Shown piece by piece: positions 51,950 to 60,776 of a stretch of 64,000 bases of DNA. The DNA lies in assembly GCA_028711115.1 (NCBI GenBank), contig JAQTSV010000001.1, positions 1,176,928-1,240,927 of the forward strand, written 5' to 3'. Origin of the DNA: Candidatus Omnitrophota bacterium. Its GTDB lineage: Bacteria; Omnitrophota; Gorgyraeia; Velamenicoccales; JABMQK01. The notes below the pieces were generated by a model. The model searched no databases, had not been told where the DNA came from, and was given only the letters and a program-made list of their open reading frames with translations. Made by a program: the position numbers and the translations under genes. Within the stretch, counting starts at the first letter, position 1. Each line of letters opens with the position of its first letter.

Positions 51950-52276
51950 TCAAGATAAAACTTTAACTTCCCTTATCCTTATCCCTCTAGGTAATTGTCT
52001 GTTCAATTGATTTTGAAAAAGACAGGGATTTATCCTGCGTATCAATAAAATCTCGGCCTCTTCGTTTTCAGATTCTAATCCTAGCTTCAAAGCCCTGTTT
52101 ATTCTGAGTTTGGGGCGAGGGCTGAAACCTTCTGTGAAATACAGCGGCAGGTTAGCCCGACGAGCTGCGCGCATAAAAAGCCGTATTAAATCCAGGTGGG
52201 AGATATAACTCATTGCGCCTGTCTTGGAAAATATAAAATTAAATTTAAAATACCTGCTCTTATCTTTTTTTATCAT
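51950..52276 (-). CDS. TIGR03936/DUF2344-like (radical SAM-linked) protein, short form
   Basis: 108 aa. FSKTGAMSYISHLDLIRLFMRAARRANLPLYFTEGFSPRPK matches the N-terminal half of this family, which commonly precedes rne/rng. Only about half the usual length is present. Confidence 0.55.
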   Translation of the reverse strand: MIKKDKSRYFKFNFIFSKTGAMSYISHLDLIRLFMRAARRANLPLYFTEGFSPRPKLRINRALKLGLESENEEAEILLIRRINPCLFQNQLNRQLPRGIRIREVKVLS

Positions 52277-52351
52277 CTAAAGCAGCTGCTGCAGAAAACA
52301 AAAACATTTCCCGTGTGAAAGTATCTGATATTATTTTTTGTAATTTCAATA

Positions 52352-53896
52352 TTATTTATTTTGAGAAATCTGATTTTCTAAAAATTCGACATCTGATTTT
52401 GTAAGGCCATCCTCATCTACAATATGGGCAGTGATAAAAATAAGCAGTTCTATTTTGGCGGTGTCGGTAGTATTTCTTCTGAAAAGCGCCCCCAATATAG
52501 GGATCTTGCTTAAAAATGGCACGCCTAATTTTTCTTTGTTATCGTAATCTTTAATTAATCCTCCGATGACAATAGTCTCTCCGTCATTTATGATTACCTG
52601 CGTCTCTGCCTCGCGAGTGATTATTATGGGATAAAGATTGGTGCCCACAGTAGACGTATAAGAAGTAACTGCCGGATGTATAATCATATTGATTTTATTC
52701 TCTCCGCTTATTTGAGGCACCACATTCAACTGTATGCCTATATCCTGGTAATAGTCCAGGCTTGTCGTCGTAGTGGTAGTATCTGTTCCGGAAACGCTGG
52801 TCGACAATATCGGATATTTATTGCCTACCAGAATTGTTGCCTCCTGATTATCCAGCGTCATAATTCTAGGTGCCGACAATAAATTAGAATGGACATCTTC
52901 TTCCAAGGCATGAAATATAGTTTCAAACTTTGATCCGACTAAATGCCTGACCACAAGCTGCAATCCTGCATTGGCAGGCGTAAGGCCAGTTGCAGACGGA
53001 TTAAACACAGAAGGCAATACAGAAGCTGCGGAACCAGTGCCAGTTGCCATCTGTCCACCAACCCCATAGTCATCGCCGCTCTTAATCCCGTCAATCTTTA
53101 TATCGCTGGCACCCACATAATTAGTAGAATATTCGAAACCGATATCTTCCAGATAATCGCGGGATACCTCCAGAATCTTTGTCTCAATCATAATCTGCTT
53201 TGGTTTTACATCTATCTTTTTTAATACAGCCCTTAATTCTTCCATAACAGGAGGAATTTCCGTAATCAAGAGAACCTTGGTTAAGCTCTTACGTTCTTTT
53301 TCCTTTCTTTCTTTCTTGCCTAAAGATTCTCCTCCGAACTCCCAGCCTGCCTTACCTGTCATCTCCAATACCGTGATTTTTCCTCTGGCTGAAAGCAATG
53401 GTTCCACAGCATTCTTGGCATCAATGGCATCTATATATTTCAGATTAAACACCTCAGTAACTGTAGGTTGAACCTGGCTTAGCTCCATCTCCATTTTTCT
53501 CTGCTCGGTAAGTTTGCCTAATGGCGCAACAGAAATAACATTACCCTTCTTCTCATAACCAAAACCATATGTTCTTAAAATAACATCCAGCGCCTTTTCC
53601 CATGGCACATTATCTAAATATATAGAAACCGTACCTGACACATCCGGAGAAGCTACGATGTTCACTCCGGTCTTTAAAGCAATAATCTTTAATACATTTC
53701 TTATGTCTGCGTCTTTAAAATCGAGCGTGATATTGCTGGGCTGGATTTCTTGGGCCGACGCTGTAACTTCCTGCTGTAATGCCGGAGCAATAACCTCATT
53801 TCTTCTGCTAGTGTCTATGGCTGCCTGTTCGCCATAAACCACGAGAGAAAAACATACGCAAAAAATAAATACCAGCGAAAAAATAAATCTATGCAT
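52352..53896 (-). CDS. pilQ: type IV pilus secretin
   Basis: 514 aa. Has a signal peptide, a secretin N-domain (ITLDFKDADIRNVLKIIA...VNIV) and a C-terminal secretin core (VPFLSKIPILGALFR...LLIFITAHIV). Confidence 0.88.
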   Translation of the reverse strand: MHRFIFSLVFIFCVCFSLVVYGEQAAIDTSRRNEVIAPALQQEVTASAQEIQPSNITLDFKDADIRNVLKIIALKTGVNIVASPDVSGTVSIYLDNVPWEKALDVILRTYGFGYEKKGNVISVAPLGKLTEQRKMEMELSQVQPTVTEVFNLKYIDAIDAKNAVEPLLSARGKITVLEMTGKAGWEFGGESLGKKERKEKERKSLTKVLLITEIPPVMEELRAVLKKIDVKPKQIMIETKILEVSRDYLEDIGFEYSTNYVGASDIKIDGIKSGDDYGVGGQMATGTGSAASVLPSVFNPSATGLTPANAGLQLVVRHLVGSKFETIFHALEEDVHSNLLSAPRIMTLDNQEATILVGNKYPILSTSVSGTDTTTTTTSLDYYQDIGIQLNVVPQISGENKINMIIHPAVTSYTSTVGTNLYPIIITREAETQVIINDGETIVIGGLIKDYDNKEKLGVPFLSKIPILGALFRRNTTDTAKIELLIFITAHIVDEDGLTKSDVEFLENQISQNK

Positions 53897-54258
53897 TAAT
53901 TATTTCCCCCATTTGCATCTAATGTAAAAATTTCTCCGTCTCTGGTACAAACCACACTATCTTTTCTTATCTCAATTATCTTAACACTTCCTATGGCATC
54001 ATTTTTTCTCAGGACTTCTCCGTTTATTATAGCCATTGACTGACCGTTTTTATCATAGGCTATACCTTCTAAATTCAGGTCTATGTCGTTTTCGTCATTT
54101 TGCACATTCAAAAGCTGGCCGTCATTTGTGACAATGGGAATAAAAGGATTTCTCTTATTACCGCTATCATATTTTACCACTTTCTCCTGCGCTATGCTAT
54201 CTACTATTATTAAAAATGTAATAAATAGAAATAATGGGTATATTCCTGTTTTCTTCAT
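53896..54258 (-). CDS. pilP: PilP-like pilotin/assembly protein
   Basis: 120 aa. Has an N-terminal anchor, an NPFIP motif and a beta-rich C-terminal domain, positioned between pilO and pilQ. Confidence 0.6.
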   Translation of the reverse strand: MKKTGIYPLFLFITFLIIVDSIAQEKVVKYDSGNKRNPFIPIVTNDGQLLNVQNDENDIDLNLEGIAYDKNGQSMAIINGEVLRKNDAIGSVKIIEIRKDSVVCTRDGEIFTLDANGGNN

Positions 54259-54836
54259 TTTCTGCTATTCCCTATATTAACAAACGTGGTCAAAGAAAGT
54301 CTTATGTTTTGGACAAGGTAATCTTTGTCTTGGGATTCGATATCGAGTGAAGATACCTTGAAAAAATTGCTTGCTGATTCAAGGCTGCTGACAAAATTAC
54401 CTAATTGATGAAAATCGGCTTTCCCTACTATTTGAATCTCTATCTCTCTGAATTTACTGTCTTTTGCCTCGATAATATTCAGATCGGAGTTATCCATTAA
54501 AGGCTTAATCTGTATTATTTTCACGCCGCTATCATCGGCTAAATTAGAGATTTTCTCAATTAAAACCGCTATGTCTTTCTCGTCCACAATCATAATTTTG
54601 AAATTATTATTTTTCTCATCCAGCTCGGCCATCTCCTGTTTGTTTTTGTCTAAATTCCTGATGTCTCTCTCCAGCGCAGCAATTGATTTTTCTTTGGACG
54701 AGACGTCCCTGGAATATCTGGAAAGTAAATTATACTGCCATCCTCCTATTATCGCTAGATCAGCCACGACGATAATAGCAAGAATTACTAAGAGAATAAT
54801 CTGTTTATTTTTTTCTATTACTGCTGGAATTAACAA
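54255..54836 (-). CDS. pilO: type IV pilus assembly protein PilO
   Basis: 193 aa. Shows the TM, coiled-coil and ferredoxin-like layout, and follows pilN with a 32-nt overlap. Confidence 0.7.
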   Translation of the reverse strand: MLIPAVIEKNKQIILLVILAIIVVADLAIIGGWQYNLLSRYSRDVSSKEKSIAALERDIRNLDKNKQEMAELDEKNNNFKIMIVDEKDIAVLIEKISNLADDSGVKIIQIKPLMDNSDLNIIEAKDSKFREIEIQIVGKADFHQLGNFVSSLESASNFFKVSSLDIESQDKDYLVQNIRLSLTTFVNIGNSRK

Positions 54837-55413
54837 TCTTTTCCTCCTGTTGCCTTATTCCTGCCGTCAACAAAAAGTCTAAAACTTCGTACTCTTTGAT
54901 ATTCTTTCTCTGCACCGAATCCAAATTAAAATTATCAAAATTTTGCTGGAAGAAGACATCGCTTTTTAATCCATTGAAGAAATTATTAACCAGCGAAACC
55001 AATTCGCTGCTCGAAGAAAATACACTGCCTTCAATAACTAAACCGTCTATAGAAAAACTCAAACGGGTAAGCCAGAGACCTTTGGGCACGGCCTGGTTTA
55101 CTTTATTGAGAAAATCCGTCAGATAAAAATCCCTTCTAAGAAAAGACTCTATTGTCTTTACCTTATCTTTCTTCAAGATTAGATTCTTCTTTAAATCCTC
55201 TATCTCCTTGAACTGCTGCTGCTTTTTATCCCAGGTCCCGGCTAAAGAGCCAAGCCTCATCTTCTTATCATAACTTAAAAGAAAAAATATGATATGAATG
55301 GCCAAGACAACCAGAACAGCTACAGATACCACAGGAAGCATATTTATCTGGGGTACATCTATGCTGGTTTCTCTTCTCCTGAGATTTGCAGGAAGTAAAT
55401 TTATCCTTATCAT
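54805..55413 (-). CDS. pilN: type IV pilus assembly protein PilN
   Basis: 202 aa. Has the conserved N-terminal MIRINLLP motif that binds PilM, followed by a single TM. Confidence 0.8.
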   Translation of the reverse strand: MIRINLLPANLRRRETSIDVPQINMLPVVSVAVLVVLAIHIIFFLLSYDKKMRLGSLAGTWDKKQQQFKEIEDLKKNLILKKDKVKTIESFLRRDFYLTDFLNKVNQAVPKGLWLTRLSFSIDGLVIEGSVFSSSSELVSLVNNFFNGLKSDVFFQQNFDNFNLDSVQRKNIKEYEVLDFLLTAGIRQQEEKIVNSSSNRKK

Positions 55414-56469
55414 CTAAAAATTCCTCACAGCCATGCCTAAGGCAAAGGTGAAGAAATTGAAATCTCTTTCCAATTCTTCTGATTTTAAATTCGGGCTCAG
55501 CTTAAACTTGTCCGGATTAAAATTAATTAATTCGATATTCTGGCCCAGGTAGTGTTTAAAAAACTCTACCAGCCCCTGAAGCTTAGCAGAACCACCCGTA
55601 ACAAAAATTTTGTCAATCAGGCGATTTTCCTGCGTTTCATAGAAATCGAAGGAAGCTTTTAATTCTTTAGTCAAGTTACTAAATACCGGCTCTAGCGACT
55701 GGATTAAATTGCTATCCAGTGAATTCAGCTTTAGCTCTTCCGCCTCTTTAAAATCCTTATTAAGAGTTTCTGAAATTTTCTTAGTGAAATCATTGCCACC
55801 GATAAAGATATCCCTGCTTAAAACCAGCAGTCCGTCTTCAATAATGGCCGTAGATGTCGACGTCGCACCCAAATTAATAACTGCACAAACTGTATCTTTG
55901 GCATGGCTGATAAACTCAAAATAATTAGCAACTGCCAAGGGACAAACATCAACAAAGTTAAGACTGTATCCCAAGTCGCGGCAAAGCTCTACTTTACTGT
56001 TAACAAGTTCTTTCTTCACTGCGGCAATTAACACAAGCATCTTACCGATTTTATTATTTTCTTTCAATATTGTAAAATCGAAATTTATCTCTTCTTTCTT
56101 GAAGGGGATATATCTTTCCAGTTCGAAGGCCATGGATTTCTTTATCTCATCGTGGCTCATTATGGGAATATTCACATAACGCAAAACTACATTCGGCCCG
56201 GAAACAGATATGGCCAGCTCTTTCTTCTTCATAGAAAAATTCGAGAGCGCCTTCTTTACTGTTTCTTTTACATCTGACTCAATCTTATCACAGCTAAAAC
56301 CCGTGATGTTTACATTCTGACCGCTCTTTTCCAAAGAAATGGCTTTTATATAGGCACTGCCGATATCCAAACTAACAAAAGTATTTCTGGAAGAGATAAT
56401 GGTTGGCCTGAACAATTGTTTTAGAGGGCTAAGAGAAGATAGAGAAATAACTTTTTTGCTATCCATCAA
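55414..56469 (-). CDS. pilM: type IV pilus assembly protein PilM (actin-like ATPase fold)
   Basis: 351 aa. Has SLDIGSAYIKA, INLGATST and VTGGSAKLQGL phosphate/adenosine motifs. Confidence 0.85.
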   Translation of the reverse strand: MMDSKKVISLSSLSPLKQLFRPTIISSRNTFVSLDIGSAYIKAISLEKSGQNVNITGFSCDKIESDVKETVKKALSNFSMKKKELAISVSGPNVVLRYVNIPIMSHDEIKKSMAFELERYIPFKKEEINFDFTILKENNKIGKMLVLIAAVKKELVNSKVELCRDLGYSLNFVDVCPLAVANYFEFISHAKDTVCAVINLGATSTSTAIIEDGLLVLSRDIFIGGNDFTKKISETLNKDFKEAEELKLNSLDSNLIQSLEPVFSNLTKELKASFDFYETQENRLIDKIFVTGGSAKLQGLVEFFKHYLGQNIELINFNPDKFKLSPNLKSEELERDFNFFTFALGMAVRNF

Positions 56470-56574
56470 TTCAAAATATTGTAATATTCAAACATGATAA
56501 ATTTATCTAATCCGTATCAAAATCGCTGCTCAAAACAAAAATGTCTGTTTCTTAATTTTATATTGTTATCTCCG

Positions 56575-56859
56575 CTACATCGGTAGAGGTTCTTTCATTC
56601 TGCTCTGATAGTCTACTCCTGGCTGAGAACTTTCGTCGCCTGCCTTAACTTTTCTAAGCGGAGACTTAAAAACATCATATCTTTTTTTAGAAGACTTGCT
56701 ACCTTTTTTTGTAATATTGGCGGCACTGGCGGCAACATTTCCCTGAGAAACATCTTTCTTAGTTTTGAGGGTAGCGATATTCATTGTCATTAATAAGAAA
56801 AATAAAAATAAGACTGCTATTGCCGCTATAAGAATAAACCAAATAAATCTTTTATTCAT
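56575..56859 (-). CDS. small basic single-pass membrane protein, unknown function
   Basis: The start at M15 (MNKRFIWFILIAAIAVLFLFFLL) avoids overlap with the upstream gene. The tail is Lys/Ser-rich. No family was recognised. Confidence 0.5.
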   Translation of the reverse strand: MNKRFIWFILIAAIAVLFLFFLLMTMNIATLKTKKDVSQGNVAASAANITKKGSKSSKKRYDVFKSPLRKVKAGDESSQPGVDYQSRMKEPLPM

Positions 56860-56863
56860 AAAT

Positions 56864-58543
56864 CTAATTCTTCCTCCATGTCGGCCGATCATCCAAACCA
56901 TCCTGTTCAGAAGTAAAGTTGGTTAGAGTAGGAAAATATGGCGGAATCAGTCCGGAAAGAACTCTTGCATCATAAACAAAATTCCTTCCGTATCCCGATA
57001 TTGGCCAGCTACCCCAGAAGGTACCAAAGGGACCGTAATATTTGCTTACCACGCCTCCTAATAATGTGGCTGTCCCCTGCGAAGGACGGCTTCTGTAATC
57101 ATCTACGGTGAATGAACCTTCGGGAGCCATAACTATTCCATGAATTTCAATATTGTCAGGCGCATCTCTTCCGATACGGACATCGCCTCCCCAGGAAATT
57201 ATTCCCAGCATATTATTATAACCCGTAGCATTAACCGGCGGGCCAACATTATAGTCTTGATACCGTATATGGTCGGTAATTACAACATCTTCCTCTGAAG
57301 CAACAGTAACTTTTGAATTCCTCTGAACAACTCCATGTATTTGGTTTATATTATTTTCGGAGTAAATAATTGTTCCTTCATCGCCATTGCCGTCGGGCAG
57401 ACCTGAATATGTATCAGTAGAACCGCCTACTGTCTGGACCCTGGTAGTCTTGGCTCCGTAATTTACTGTGATAATCTTGGTGGTTGACCCTTGCGTTATT
57501 GTATATTGAGGATTATTGCTCCCATCTGCGCCCAACTGAAAATCAGACACATCTCCCTTGACATAAATACCGCCGGTTACCGCCCCTGCATTATTAGGGA
57601 CATAAATTCCATCGCTGCCTGGCTGGCTCATTGTACCCAATGCCTGCGTTTGCATACTGTCGTGATTAATAGTACCTATAGGCACTTCATCTACTGAGCG
57701 CTGAAAACCTTCGTCAAATACAGGCACATCTATATTGCTGTTGTGATCATCATCTAAATAAATATAATTGTTGTTATTATAAAACCTGGCTGTGTCCAGA
57801 TGCTGGGTTACCTGATCTGTAAAATGTCCGCTGGGATTATTGGCAAAACTAAAACGATCATTGGTATGAACCGGCCCAAAGAAATTTGTGTTTCCTGTAA
57901 ACCATACGAGTCCTCCGCTGGGAGAAGTATGATTGATAGTAAAAAGTGCATAATTGGCAAAACTGGACGGCATCACAGTAACAGAAAAACTGCCGGATAA
58001 GCTTATCTGTTTAGATATATTAGGCGTTATGGCCGTGGCTGTGCCTGTGCCTCTGGTAATATAATTATAATGAAATACAAAGGTGCTGCCGCTGGGATTC
58101 TCGGGATTACTTGCGGAAGTAATAATAATTTCCGGTGTATAAGTTCCGCTTACCGCGGTGATTAAATTTAAAGGTGAGAAACTCACAGTTGCCTTGCCAT
58201 TAGCAATAGCAAACTGGGTATCTCCAGAACTATAGGCATAGTCACGCAAGAAACCTAATGCATTTTTATTGGTATAATAAGCCCTGACTGTGTTGGCATT
58301 GGTTATTTGGCTGACACGCGCATACAAATCTGTATCAATGCGCTCCCTTAATTCCGAGAGGCCGTGGTTTGCTCCTGCCTCGGCTAAAAATTCCGCCTGC
58401 ATATTAAATTTCTCCACATCAACAAACCGCTTCTCGGAAACGCTGCGCATAAAAAACGCAGCACTAAATCCCAAGACAACAACAACGGATAATGTTGCTG
58501 CTATTAAAATAATACCTTTTTCATTACGTAATAATTTATTCAA
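56864..58543 (-). CDS. large PilX_N-type pilus-associated protein (putative tip or minor-pilin complex component)
   Basis: 559 aa. The N-terminus MNKLLRNEKGIILIAATLSVVVVLGFSAAF resembles the PilX N-terminal anchor. The rest is Gly/Asn/Thr-rich and predicted beta-rich, and it follows two minor pilins. Confidence 0.6.
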   Translation of the reverse strand: MNKLLRNEKGIILIAATLSVVVVLGFSAAFFMRSVSEKRFVDVEKFNMQAEFLAEAGANHGLSELRERIDTDLYARVSQITNANTVRAYYTNKNALGFLRDYAYSSGDTQFAIANGKATVSFSPLNLITAVSGTYTPEIIITSASNPENPSGSTFVFHYNYITRGTGTATAITPNISKQISLSGSFSVTVMPSSFANYALFTINHTSPSGGLVWFTGNTNFFGPVHTNDRFSFANNPSGHFTDQVTQHLDTARFYNNNNYIYLDDDHNSNIDVPVFDEGFQRSVDEVPIGTINHDSMQTQALGTMSQPGSDGIYVPNNAGAVTGGIYVKGDVSDFQLGADGSNNPQYTITQGSTTKIITVNYGAKTTRVQTVGGSTDTYSGLPDGNGDEGTIIYSENNINQIHGVVQRNSKVTVASEEDVVITDHIRYQDYNVGPPVNATGYNNMLGIISWGGDVRIGRDAPDNIEIHGIVMAPEGSFTVDDYRSRPSQGTATLLGGVVSKYYGPFGTFWGSWPISGYGRNFVYDARVLSGLIPPYFPTLTNFTSEQDGLDDRPTWRKN

Positions 58544-58608
58544 TCATAACCTCCGCATACAAGTTAGCTGGCAACTGCGTAAATTTGACCAAGATATCAT
58601 CTGCGAAA

Positions 58609-59259
58609 TTATTTTCCATACTGAGTATCTTGATCTTTACTTTCCCCGGCAAATTTGCTGGGGCTTTTCTTCTTCGAAACGTAAACACCGGCGATTCCTT
58701 CGACTGTAACCCCGTCATCCAACAGCACGTCCCGATTACGTAAATTCGACTGAGACCTTACCACAAATGTGGTGCTATTTTTTATTATAGGAATTTTTAT
58801 GTCTATAACAGTATGGTCTGTATTATTAAAAGCAAAAAATGGTTTTTGTGCCGCCACATTGTCTATATTATTTGCGACGACAACGGTTTCACTGCCCTGT
58901 TTTCTTAACAGCTGTGCATTATCCAGACCACCCATATAATAACGCACAGCCTGAAGCTCAGTTATCTCGTCGTTAGTGTCAAAAACCGGTGCATAAAAAT
59001 CTATCTGGTCTCCAGCATTATTTATAGCGACATCGTATGTATTAGAATCTATTTTCCAGGAAGGGCTGGATGATTTTAATTCCCAGGAAAGTTTATCTAT
59101 GGCCTTTCTGGCATCTTCCTGTCTTGAGATTTGATAATCAGCATTCTGCCAGTTCGTCCTGGAATAATTCATACTTGTCAATATTGCGCCCATCAGCACT
59201 CCGAAGATCGCCAACACCATCATTATTTCCAATAATGTAAATCCTCTTGTTTTCGACAT
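58609..59259 (-). CDS. minor pilin (PilW/GspJ-like)
   Basis: 216 aa. Has a prepilin N-terminus MSKTRG followed by FTLLEIMMVLAIFGVLMGAIL. Confidence 0.75.
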   Translation of the reverse strand: MSKTRGFTLLEIMMVLAIFGVLMGAILTSMNYSRTNWQNADYQISRQEDARKAIDKLSWELKSSSPSWKIDSNTYDVAINNAGDQIDFYAPVFDTNDEITELQAVRYYMGGLDNAQLLRKQGSETVVVANNIDNVAAQKPFFAFNNTDHTVIDIKIPIIKNSTTFVVRSQSNLRNRDVLLDDGVTVEGIAGVYVSKKKSPSKFAGESKDQDTQYGK

Positions 59260-59756
59260 TATTCTACGCGGCTGATTAAGGTGATTATCTCTGCGGGAGA
59301 ATCCAATATGCCGTCTCCGTCTCCATTTGCGTCTTCCTGCGGCTGAAGCGTTCCGTCTAAATTAGTGTCCTCACCGATTACGCGATTAGACTTTTGTTTC
59401 CAGCAGGCGACAAGCCTGATATATTTTAAGTCGCTGTACACTGAGTCATAAATATCCACCACACCTATAGCCTGGCCGCTGGCAAAACCGTCCAAAGAAA
59501 ATGTCGTGCCGTCCAATGCCGTAATACTATCAAAAGGCGTCTCGCGTATAGATTCAAGCTTAGCCTGCAGCGCATTGTTGGCCAAAGTCAAATTTCTAGA
59601 AAATTCATTCAGTTCAAAACAGGCGATATAAGTATATAAAAGCCCTATTACAATAACCATTAATATCGACGCAGAAATCAACAGCTCTACAAAAGAAAAC
59701 GCATCTTTTCTTCTGAGTTTATTGCTTATGTCATTACCTGTTAATTTGATAACCAT
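59259..59756 (-). CDS. minor pilin (PilV/GspI-like) with C-terminal EF-hand-like loops
   Basis: 165 aa. Has prepilin-like ...RRKDA followed by FSFVELLISASILMVIVIGLL. The C-terminus carries DTNLDGTLQPQE and DANGDGDGILD. Confidence 0.7.
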   Translation of the reverse strand: MVIKLTGNDISNKLRRKDAFSFVELLISASILMVIVIGLLYTYIACFELNEFSRNLTLANNALQAKLESIRETPFDSITALDGTTFSLDGFASGQAIGVVDIYDSVYSDLKYIRLVACWKQKSNRVIGEDTNLDGTLQPQEDANGDGDGILDSPAEIITLISRVE

Positions 59757-59851
59757 CTGACTCCATATCGCCGGCGTTAAAATTCAAACGGCGGCTGATA
59801 AAAATACCGAATTCAAATCCTGCTTTCTGCGACTATATTTTTTCTTAACTT

Positions 59852-59879
59852 ATTTTATAACAACGAGATAAAATGTCAA
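59852..59879 (-). promoter_or_regulatory. sigma70-like promoter of the minor-pilin/pilMNOPQ unit
   Basis: Minus strand: TTGACA (59879..59874), a 16-nt spacer, then TAAAAT (59857..59852). Confidence 0.55.
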
Positions 59880-59940
59880 TAAAAATAACTTTAAAATGAT
59901 TTTCTCAGCCCAAAAAGTCCCCATTTTCCTGTTATTTTTT

Positions 59941-59978
59941 AATAATAAAAATGGGCGGATACCCGAAGGTAACCGCCC
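59941..59978 (-). terminator. strong rho-independent terminator after pilA
   Basis: Minus strand: GGGCGGTTACC-TTCG-GGTATCCGCCC (10 bp with one mismatch, UUCG loop) followed by ATTTTTATT. Confidence 0.8.
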
Positions 59979-60008
59979 AAATTTTACTTCCATCACTACT
60001 TATCCGCC

Positions 60009-60437
60009 TTATTGTATTGGAGCACCACTTGCGCTGTCTTGACGGATTACACCTGTCTCATTAACAAAGAATGTTCTGATACCAGTAACATTCGCTGTTG
60101 CAGGTGCGGCAGTACAGGTATATTGATTGGCATTTGTCCGTGCATAAGTAAAAACATAACCGTTCTTTGTTCCCGAACCTAATACAGTATCAATATACGC
60201 TGGATTTGCCCCTGAAAGATCTGTCAAAGCAGAAGGATAAGTCGGCGATGTCTGCGCTGCCCTAAAACTTTCGTTAGCTGAACTCAAAGTCCTCAAAGCA
60301 GCTATGCTTGCTGCTTCATTGGCGTTGAGCCTAGCTCTTAGCAAGTTAGGGATAGCGATGGCTGCAAGAAGAATAATAATTGCGACTACAATCATAATTT
60401 CCACCAACGTAAAACCTCTTTTTCCTAAACGTCTCAT
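60009..60437 (-). CDS. pilA: major type IV pilin candidate
   Basis: 142 aa. Has MRRLGKRG followed by FTLVEIMIVVAIIILLAAIAIPNLLRAR. It has its own promoter, a GGAAGGAGG Shine-Dalgarno sequence and a dedicated terminator, and sits next to pilC. Confidence 0.85.
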   Translation of the reverse strand: MRRLGKRGFTLVEIMIVVAIIILLAAIAIPNLLRARLNANEAASIAALRTLSSANESFRAAQTSPTYPSALTDLSGANPAYIDTVLGSGTKNGYVFTYARTNANQYTCTAAPATANVTGIRTFFVNETGVIRQDSASGAPIQ

Positions 60438-60558
60438 TTTTCTTTTACCTCCTTCCTCGGCTAAAATTAGTTCTTCTGACTACTTACGTAATCTACGCAT
60501 AAAACGGAGAATAATTCCTTTGTCTGCGCAAGAACTCAGCCGATAAACTCTTATGGAT

Positions 60559-60588
60559 ATTCTATCTCACCCCCTTCCTGATTGTCAA
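60559..60588 (-). promoter_or_regulatory. sigma70-like promoter candidate for pilA
   Basis: Minus strand: TTGACA (60588..60583), an 18-nt spacer, then TAGAAT (60564..60559). It lies about 120 nt upstream of the ATG. Confidence 0.4.
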
Positions 60589-60660
60589 GTAAAATTGCCC
60601 TTCGGGTAATGAAAGCTCACTATTAAGAACTTTTGTTTTAAGGTATTTTTTAAAAAAAAT

Positions 60661-60715
60661 ACCTATTCTTCTTACCCCTTACATTATGCAAACCAAATCG
60701 GGCAAAAGAATAGGT
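60661..60715 (-). terminator. terminator-like long-loop hairpin downstream of pilC
   Basis: Minus strand: ACCTATTCTT (60715..60706) pairs with AAGAATAGGT (60670..60661) across a 35-nt loop, followed by ATTTTTTTT. Confidence 0.35.
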
Positions 60716-60776
60716 TATTTATTCATTATACTTTTTATTGGCAACTGGCTGCCTTTTCTTAATAATATAAGGATTA

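Noticed and set aside
58536-58718. 60-aa minus-strand ORF overlapping the 3' end of the PilW-like gene and the start of the PilX_N gene
   Set aside because: It overlaps two supported genes out of frame and has no motif or ribosome-binding site.
60742-60756. Possible sigma54 promoter upstream of pilA (minus strand AGGCAGCCAGTTGCC)
   Set aside because: The GG to GC spacing is one nucleotide shorter than the strict TGGCAC-N5-TTGC geometry. It lies about 300 nt from the ATG, and no PilR-type activator gene is nearby.
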